This document shows positions 56,358-64,000 of a stretch of 64,000 nucleotides of DNA, piece by piece. The position numbers and the translations under genes are program-made. The DNA is from Octopus sinensis. Its lineage: Eukaryota. The DNA lies in the NCBI RefSeq assembly GCF_006345805.1, contig NC_043021.1, forward strand, positions 17,422,001 through 17,486,000, in the 5' to 3' direction. The notes below the pieces were generated by a model. The model did not search any database, was not told where the DNA came from, and worked only from the letters and a program-made list of their open reading frames with translations. Within the stretch, counting starts at the first letter, position 1, and each line of letters begins with the position of its first letter.

Positions 56358-56730
56358 CTCTTTTACTCTTTTTTACTTGTTTCAGTTATTTGACTGTGGC
56401 CATGCTGGAGCACGGCCTTTAATTGAGCAACTCGACCCCGGAACTTATTCTATCGGTCTCTTTTGCCGAACCGCTAAGTGACGGGGACATAAACACACCA
56501 GCATCAGTTGTCAAGCAAGGCTAGGGGGACAAACACAAACATACACGCACACACACATATGCATATATATACATATATAAGACAGGCTTCTTTCAGTTTC
56601 CGTCTACCAAATCCACTCACAAGGCTTTGGTCGGCCCGAGGCTATAGTAGAAGACACTTGCCCAAGGTGCCACACAGTGGGACTGAACCCGGAACCATGT
56701 GGTTGGTAAACAAGCTACTTACCACACAGC
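56358..56730 (-). mobile_element. SINE family A copy
   Basis: Match to 44007-44412. Confidence 0.85.
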
Positions 56731-56768
56731 TACTACATAAATATGTGAAGTAAATGTACACAGACATA

Positions 56769-56812
<44 letters not shown>

Positions 56813-56897
56813 CACAACAATTGCAACGTGGAAGGTGCTTATAAGCCATTTAAAAACACAAGAAAACCTTTAGATTCACTTCAACATTTAAATGTAA

Positions 56898-56948
56898 TTT
56901 GTCAAAATATTTTCGTCTCTTTGAAACCGCAACCTGTTCACTGACAAA
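56898..56948 (-). ncRNA. Hammerhead motif, G3-C8 core variant (left arm)
   Basis: Minus strand tttgtca-GTGAACA-g-gttgc-ggtttcaaa-gagac-GAA-AATATT-T-tgacaaa. Confidence 0.65.
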
Positions 56949-56976
56949 ATTCCGTGCAACGTCTGCAGCACAAAAT

Positions 56977-57027
56977 TTTGTCAGTGAACAGGTTGCGGTC
57001 TCAAAGCGACGAAAATATTTTGACAAA
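56977..57027 (+). ncRNA. Hammerhead motif, G3-C8 core variant (right arm)
   Basis: tttgtca-GTGAACA-g-gttgc-ggtctcaaa-gcgac-GAA-AATATT-T-tgacaaa: 7-bp stem I, 5-bp stem II, palindromic stem III, UUU site ending at 57020. Confidence 0.7.
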
Positions 57028-58207
57028 TTACATTTAAAGTGAGGCGTTGTGAATGTATAACAGCCAAAACAGGATGTAGGAAGTTCAGAAGGTAGCAACA
57101 AATAGTTTCTTTTTACCAATGAAAGGTAGATTCTATGAAGCTTGTGCATGAAGTGCAAGGTTGCATGGCAGTGTAAACATGGGCCCAAAATGTAGATGTG
57201 TGAAACATCATCATCATTTAGCATCCGCTTTCCATGCTAGCATGGGTTGGACGGTTCAACTGGAGTCTGTGAAGCCAGAAGGCTGCATCAGGCCCAGTCT
57301 GATCTGCCAGTGTTTCTACGGCTGGATGCCCTTCCTAACGCCAACCACTCCGAGAATGTAGTGGGTGCTTTTTACATGCCACCCGCACAGGTGCCAGACG
57401 GAGCTGGCAAACGGCCACGATCGGATGGTGCTTTTTACGTGCCACCGGCACGGGGGCCAGGCAAGGCTGGAGAGAAATTAAGCTAACATGCTTTGCTGGG
57501 TGTTTAACCCTTTAACTGGCCATATCTAGCTCAATATTCTGCTTTAATGTTGAAACCCAACCAGATCTGGCCTATCACATCACCTCACACCCCTACACAA
57601 TGCTATTCTAAAACAACCAATCACACTCGTTGAAATCCCAAGCCACAAGATGATCCATGGTTAATCCTAAGCAATGTGAATAAACAAGCATCACCCACTT
57701 TGACAGAGGAATCGAATGCTGAAGAGATAAAATAGCAAAATAGCCCATCACTTCATTGGTGACTAGCTTCAATTCTTATAAGGAATAAAACCTAAGTCCC
57801 AGAGATGCACACACACACACACACACACACGCCATGCACACACAGAACTAATTCACATAACCACAAACCCCAACAGCTGTGTTTGAGTAATCCTTTGGAA
57901 TTAAAAGCAGCCATGTCCAACTCCAATATCCTCCGCCCCCCCCCCGGCCCCGCACTCCCACCGTTTTATGTCAATTCAGCCTGATCAGGCCTTTCATACC
58001 TTCCCTACAATGTTATTCTAAAAACAAACAATCTCACATCATCAAAATCTCAAAGTTATGAGCTGATGCAGGGTCAATTTAAAACAATGTGAATAACTAA
58101 GGGTCACACTGGTCAGAATAATCTGGATGCTAAATGCTCAACCCTTTTAATACCCAACCACTCACCCACCCAAGCCGACTCGAGGATGCAAACTTTATGT
58201 TTAAAAG

Positions 58208-58574
58208 CAGTGGTTCTCCACTACAATCCATGTGACCCCCAGGTGATCTGTATAAGATTTTGGGGGTCCATAATACTATTTTAAGGGTTTGCGAATAAAT
58301 TTTGTTTTAGATGTATTTATGGCAAGAAATAGTCACATTCCTTTCTTTAATGTTTTCCAGAGTCCAACAGGTTTCCCACTCACTGGAATATGTTCTCTCA
58401 GAGAATGCTTTTGTAGACCTACACACCCGAATGGATGAAAAACAAACTAGGAATTTAATTTCGAAAAAACCAGCTTTAAAACTACTTTTTAGACATCGAA
58501 TGGCTCTGGGAGTCCACCAGAATGAAATAGTAATGAAAAGTGCAGTCCATAGGTAAATAAATGATTGAGAACCT
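58208..58574. mobile_element. hAT-like MITE nested in a piggyBac-like MITE
   Basis: cagtggttctc start, attgagaacc end. Confidence 0.55.
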
Positions 58575-59124
58575 TAATTAAAACCTACCATTAAAATCTC
58601 ATGTTAATCTATGTTCTATGAGGACAAAATTGTTTTACTACATTTTCCACTAATTTCAAAATTAATTGAAATAAAGACAACGAATTTCAACAAGAATATG
58701 GTAATTAAAAAGTTAATTAAAACTTAGCGGTTCGGCAAAAAAGAGACTGATAGAATAAGTACTGGGCTTACAAAGAATAAGTCCCGGGGTCGATTTGACC
58801 GACTAAAGGCGGTGCTCCAGCATGGCCACAGTCAAATGACTGAAACAAGTAAAAGAGTAAAAGAGTAACTCTTCCTTTCAAATAACACCTGATTGTTTTT
58901 AAGAACAAAAAAATGCAGATGCACTTCAAATAATGTAGCCCTAGATAGACTATACCCTTACTCTTTTACTTGTTTCAGTCATTTGACTGTGGCCATGCTG
59001 GAGCACCGCCTTTAGTCGAGCACATCGACCCCCAAGACTTATTCTTTGTAAGCCTAGTACTTATTCTATAGGTCTCTTTTGCCGAACCGCTAAGTTACGG
59101 GGACGTAAACACACCAGCTTCAGT

Positions 59125-59262
59125 ATGGATGTCACAGAACAGCGAAACATGGTAAGGGAAGGAATATTGGGTGTAAGTGGAATCAGAAGAGGGGTGCAAG
59201 ACAGAAGAATTTGGTATAGGAAAATTATGTAATGTGTATGGATAATGGCAACTGGGGAAAGA
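59125..59262 (+). mobile_element. Decayed RTE LINE fragment
   Basis: Translates in part to LGVSGIRRGVQDRRIWYRKIM, resembling the RTE C-terminal ...R.RRLRW.GHV.R segment. Confidence 0.45.
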
Positions 59263-59264
59263 TG

Positions 59265-60350
59265 TCCAAGTGGAAGATCTGTAGAGCTTGATGAGAACAT
59301 CCTGCAAACCCTGGGGGAACAAGAAGCTTGGATTTAGTCATTTAGCCTATTTCTTTATTACCCACAAGGGGCTAAACACAGAGGGGACAAACAAGAACAG
59401 ATATAGGTATTAAGTCGATTACATCGACCCCAGTGCGTAACTGGTACTTAATTTATCGACCCCGAAAGGATGAAAGGCAAAGTCGACCTCGGCAGAATTT
59501 GAACTCACAACGTAACGCAGACGAAATACCGCTAAGCATTTCGCCCGGCGTGCTAACGTTTCTGCCAGCTCGCCGCCTTTAGTCATTTAACCATTTATCA
59601 ACACCTGTATCCCATTGGAAAAGTCATCAAATTGAGTCAATGGCTTCTTCACAAACTTTCTGAGTCTAATGTGTGCTCTTCTTTGCTGTCACATCTCACA
59701 AATGAACCTTTTTTGGACTGGATAGTGACTGATGATGAGAAATGAGTTCTCTATAAAAATGCCAAGCGCCAAAGACAGTGGGTAGGGAAAAGAGAAACAC
59801 TAGCATCCCAGGCTAAAGGTCTTTACCCATGTAAGGTGTTGTTAGTCCACTTTGAACTTTTAAAGCCCAACCAAACAATAACAAAGGAAATCTACTGCGA
59901 ACAGCTTGAGCAACTTAAGTCAGCGCTAGAAGAAAAACAACCGTCTTTGGTTTCAAAACGAAAGGTATTCTTCCACCAGGATAATGCTCGACCACATACA
60001 GCGAGGATGACATTCCAAAGGCTGGAGCAGTTTGAATGGGAAACGATGCCCCACCCACCATATTCACTGGACATTGCCCCATCTGATTATCATTTATTCC
60101 GAGGTCTTCAAAATCATTTGGACAGAAAAAAATATGAATTCTGTAGACGAGGTCAGAACAGTACTGGAGAAGTATTTTTCGTCATGGACAAGTGAATTTT
60201 TTTGGAAGAGGGCCCTTGCAAGTCTACCAGATAGATAGAAGGGCATTGTAGAAAATGAAGGGGAGTATATTTTAGATTAAAAAAGAACTTTGTTTATCTT
60301 AGTTTTGAAAAATAAAAGAATATAAAAAAAATGCATTATTTATGAGACAC
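59265..60350 (+). pseudogene. Decayed mariner (DD34D) transposase element, interrupted by SINE B
   Basis: Motifs WLLHKL (WVPHEL-like), FLDWIVTDDEK* (TGDEKW-like), HQDNARPH and HPPYSLDIAPSDYHLF with 34 residues between the last two catalytic Asp; stops and deletions present; right TIR at 60329-60349. Confidence 0.9.
59348..59577 (-). mobile_element. SINE family B, full length with 15-bp TSD
   Basis: TSD tttagtcatttagcc (59333-59347) / tttagtcatttaacc (59578-59592), one mismatch. Confidence 0.92.
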
Positions 60351-60431
60351 ACAGTTTATATATATATATATATATATAAATTAGGTTGTCTCATAAATAA
60401 TGCATTTATTTAAATAATGTCTGTATGTGTG

Positions 60432-60469
<38 letters not shown>

Positions 60470-60810
60470 GTATGTATGTATGTGTGTTGGGTCTCAAAAT
60501 ATATATCCAAAATAAAGAAAAAATTTGAAGATTTTTAAAACCAAAACAATTTAATTTAAGGAATGCATTTTATGAACTGTTAAAATTAAAGACATGAATA
60601 TTTCTCCAGGGTAGAGGTTCACCCTTCAACAAGTGTTATTAACCTGGAATATTCCCTCAGGTTCTAAGAGGTCATTCACCATCCCTCACTAAAACCTGTA
60701 GCGCGGATAAGTACCCCCAGTTGGTTCTGAGTCTGCCTGCTAAAGAGGCCTGATGTCAAGAACTTGAGAATTACGTCTATGAATATAGTAGCAACATTAT
60801 TATTATTATC

Positions 60811-60848
<38 letters not shown>

Positions 60849-60959
60849 CAACAGCACAACTGGTTATTCCGAGAATTGTGGTGTGTTTTCGAGATAACAT
60901 GTTTCTCTGTGTGTGTTTGTGTGTATATCTGTAACTGCGTACCTGTATATATGTATAAC

Positions 60960-61408
60960 CGTGTGTGTGTGTATGCCTACGTTTGAATGTGTGTATGTAT
61001 GCCTATGGTTGAATGTGTATGTGTATGCCTACACTTGAATGTGTGTGTGTGCCTACGTCTGAATGTGTGTGTATTTATGCCTACGGTTGAAGGTGTGTGT
61101 GTGTGTGTGTGTGGCTGTCTGTGTGAATGTTTACCTATGTGTGCGTGTATGTCTATCTGTGTCTGTGAGTGTGAGTGTGTGTGTATGCATGCCTGCCGTT
61201 GTGTGTGTGTGTGTATTTAGAACTATGTGTATTTATGCCTACGGTTGAAGGTGTGTGTGTGTGTGTGTGTGTCTGTGAATGTTTACCTATGTGTGCGTGT
61301 ATGTCTATCTGTATTCGTGCGTCTGTGAGTGTGTGTGTGTATGCATGCCTGCCGTTGTGTGTGTGTGTGTGTCTATTTAGAACTGTGTGTATTTATGCCT
61401 ACGGTTAA

Positions 61409-61442
<34 letters not shown>

Positions 61443-61590
61443 CTGTCTGTGGATGTTTACCTATGTGTGCGTGTATGTCTATATGTATTTGTGCATCTGT
61501 GAGTGTGTGTGAGTGTGTGTGTGCGTGTGTGTGAGTGTGTATGTATGCCTGCCGTTGTGTGTGTGTATGTGTGTGTCTATTTAGAACAAC
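60960..61590. repeat. GT-rich higher-order minisatellite
   Basis: tatttatgcctacggtt.aaggtgtg at about 61072, 61230 and 61390. Confidence 0.85.
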
Positions 61591-61899
61591 CTATCTCGAT
61601 TCCTCGACTTGGTTTCGTTTGTATGCTGGAATCGATTGATTTATCTGGCATCTCAGATGTACTCTTGTGAAATAAGTCAATGACAAAACGCTCCACTTTC
61701 AGCGCGCCCGCGCACCTTTGTATATGCGTGCGAGTGTATGTGTTAGTGTATTTCTCTGTGTGTGTGTGTGTGTGTGAGTCTGTGTTAACGCCCGTTAGTA
61801 ATTAATGCAACACAAACACACACACACACACACACACACACATATGCAGGCAAAGCAAAGGAAAAAAACAAAAACACATGAAGGTAATTATAGACATGC

Positions 61900-62692
61900 A
61901 TACGAACGTGTGTATGTATGTATGTGTGTATGTATGTGTGTGTGTATGTATGTGTGTATGTATGTGTGTATGTGTGTATGTATGTATGTGTGTATGTATG
62001 TGTGTATGTGTGTATGTATGTATGTGTGTATGTGTGTATGTGTAGTATGTAGTTGTGTATGTGTGTATTGTGTTGTATGTATGTGTGTGTTATGTATGTG
62101 TGTATGTATGTATGTATGTATGTGTGGTATGTATGTATGTATGTATGTATGTATGTATGTATGTATGTATGTACGTATGTATGTACGTATGCGGTGTGTG
62201 TTGATGTATGTATGTATGTATGTGTGTATGTATGTGTGTATGTATGTATGTATGTATGTATATGTATGTGTGTATGTATGGTGTATGTATGTGTTGATGT
62301 ATGTGTTGTATGTATGTGTGTATGTATGTGTGTATGTATGTATGTAAATATTATAAACAAGTCAGAAACAGACAGATAGATAAACAGCCAGAGATGGATG
62401 AATGAATGGATGGATGGATGGATGGATGGGTAGGTAGGTAGGTAGGTAGGTAGGTGGGTGGGTGGGTGGGTGGATGGATGGATGGATAGGTAGGTAGGTA
62501 GGTAGATAGATAGGTTTCTTTATTAGCCACACAGGGCTGCACACAGATAGAACAAATTACAAGGTAGAGCTTTTCTTTTGAAGGTTTAAAAAAAAAAAAA
62601 AAAAAAATAATAATAATAATAATAAAATAACAAATAGATAGATAGATAGATAGATAGATGGATGGATGGATGGATGGATGGATGGATGGATG

Positions 62693-62723
<31 letters not shown>

Positions 62724-62732
62724 GGATAGATG

Positions 62733-62763
<31 letters not shown>

Positions 62764-62764
62764 G

Positions 62765-62799
<35 letters not shown>

Positions 62800-63072
62800 G
62801 GATAGATGGATAGATAGATAGATGGATAGATAGATAGATAGATAAGTTTATTGGCCACACGGGGCTGCACACAGATGGGACAAATTACAAGGTAGAGCTT
62901 TCCTTTTGGGGGATGAAAAAAGAAAAAAAAAGTGGCGTAGGTTTTCGATCAAAAGGGATCGTAAAAGGGAAAAAAGAAAAAAAGGAAAAAAAAGAAACGA
63001 AACAAAAGAAAAGAAAGAAGAAAAAAAGAGGAAAAAAGGGAAGACAAATAGATAGATAGATAGACAAATAGG

Positions 63073-63141
<69 letters not shown>

Positions 63142-63153
63142 GATAGATAGACT

Positions 63154-63191
<38 letters not shown>

Positions 63192-63208
63192 CAGATAGAC
63201 AAATAGAC

Positions 63209-63264
<56 letters not shown>

Positions 63265-63276
63265 GATAGATAGACT

Positions 63277-63318
<42 letters not shown>

Positions 63319-63335
63319 CAGATAGACAAATAGAC

Positions 63336-63405
<70 letters not shown>
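61900..63405. repeat. (GTAT)n, (GGAT)n and (GATA)n microsatellite field
   Basis: Directly visible. Confidence 0.95.
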
Positions 63406-63406
<1 letters not shown>

Positions 63407-63536
63407 CCAATTCATGTACGTATGAAAACCTGTTTAATGAGAATATATACCATATTCTGTGTATAGCATAAACTTCATACACAGCTGTATGCAAACTTGC
63501 TTTACAAACATAAGAACATATTTAACAAACACACAC

Positions 63537-63577
<41 letters not shown>

Positions 63578-64000
63578 AGGCGTATGGAGATCTGTGTATG
63601 TATATATTTGAATTAGATGCAATGTCGATTTAATTATCAAGGTGAATGAACGGGTGTATATTGTTGATTATATATCGTTAATACAAACAAATCAATGATA
63701 CGGTTCTGGTTTCTTAGATTTCAGTCGGTCGCGAACCCGCAACAGCCTTGTACACTCATGCACTTTAAATGTATCTCATAAACATTCATGCTCATTTAAT
63801 CCTAGGCCAAGTCTATTCGAGCAGGCTTATTTGCGGAAGGCATACCAAAAATGACCAACCTGTCTTACATTCTCGTTAAATAAATACCGGATTACATAAG
63901 GACTGGGTCTTTGTTATTCTTTAAAAAAAAATAAAAAGCAAGATAGTTAAGTTATTAATATTTAAGGGGAATTTCGCTGCTATTTCTAGGAGGTCGAGGA

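Noticed and set aside
59836-60195. Intact transposase gene
   Set aside because: In-frame stop at the DEKW motif, deletions, a frameshift near the C-terminus and a SINE insertion; listed as a pseudogene

Overview
Repeat-saturated, AT-rich animal DNA with no supportable intact protein-coding gene. The repeat repertoire and very high microsatellite density suggest an octopus (cephalopod) intergenic or intronic region; this is inferred, not looked up. The window holds dozens of copies of at least four SINE-like families (labelled A, B, C, E here), piggyBac-, hAT- and Merlin-like MITEs, one non-autonomous Helitron, a decayed DD34D mariner, RTE and CR1 LINE 3' fragments, several TE-derived tandem arrays, a local duplication and a 100-N gap. 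Nearly all ORFs in the supplied track are microsatellite or SINE artefacts. The main unexplained signal is a set of at least five distinct sequence families of minimal type-I hammerhead ribozyme motifs with palindromic stem III, the form known from Penelope-like element pseudo-LTRs. Most occur as inverted, fold-back pairs. One family has a swapped G3-C8 catalytic core (GUGAACA instead of CUGANGA) in three copies. All structures were read by eye; no folding, alignment or database search was run, and boundaries of decayed repeats are approximate.
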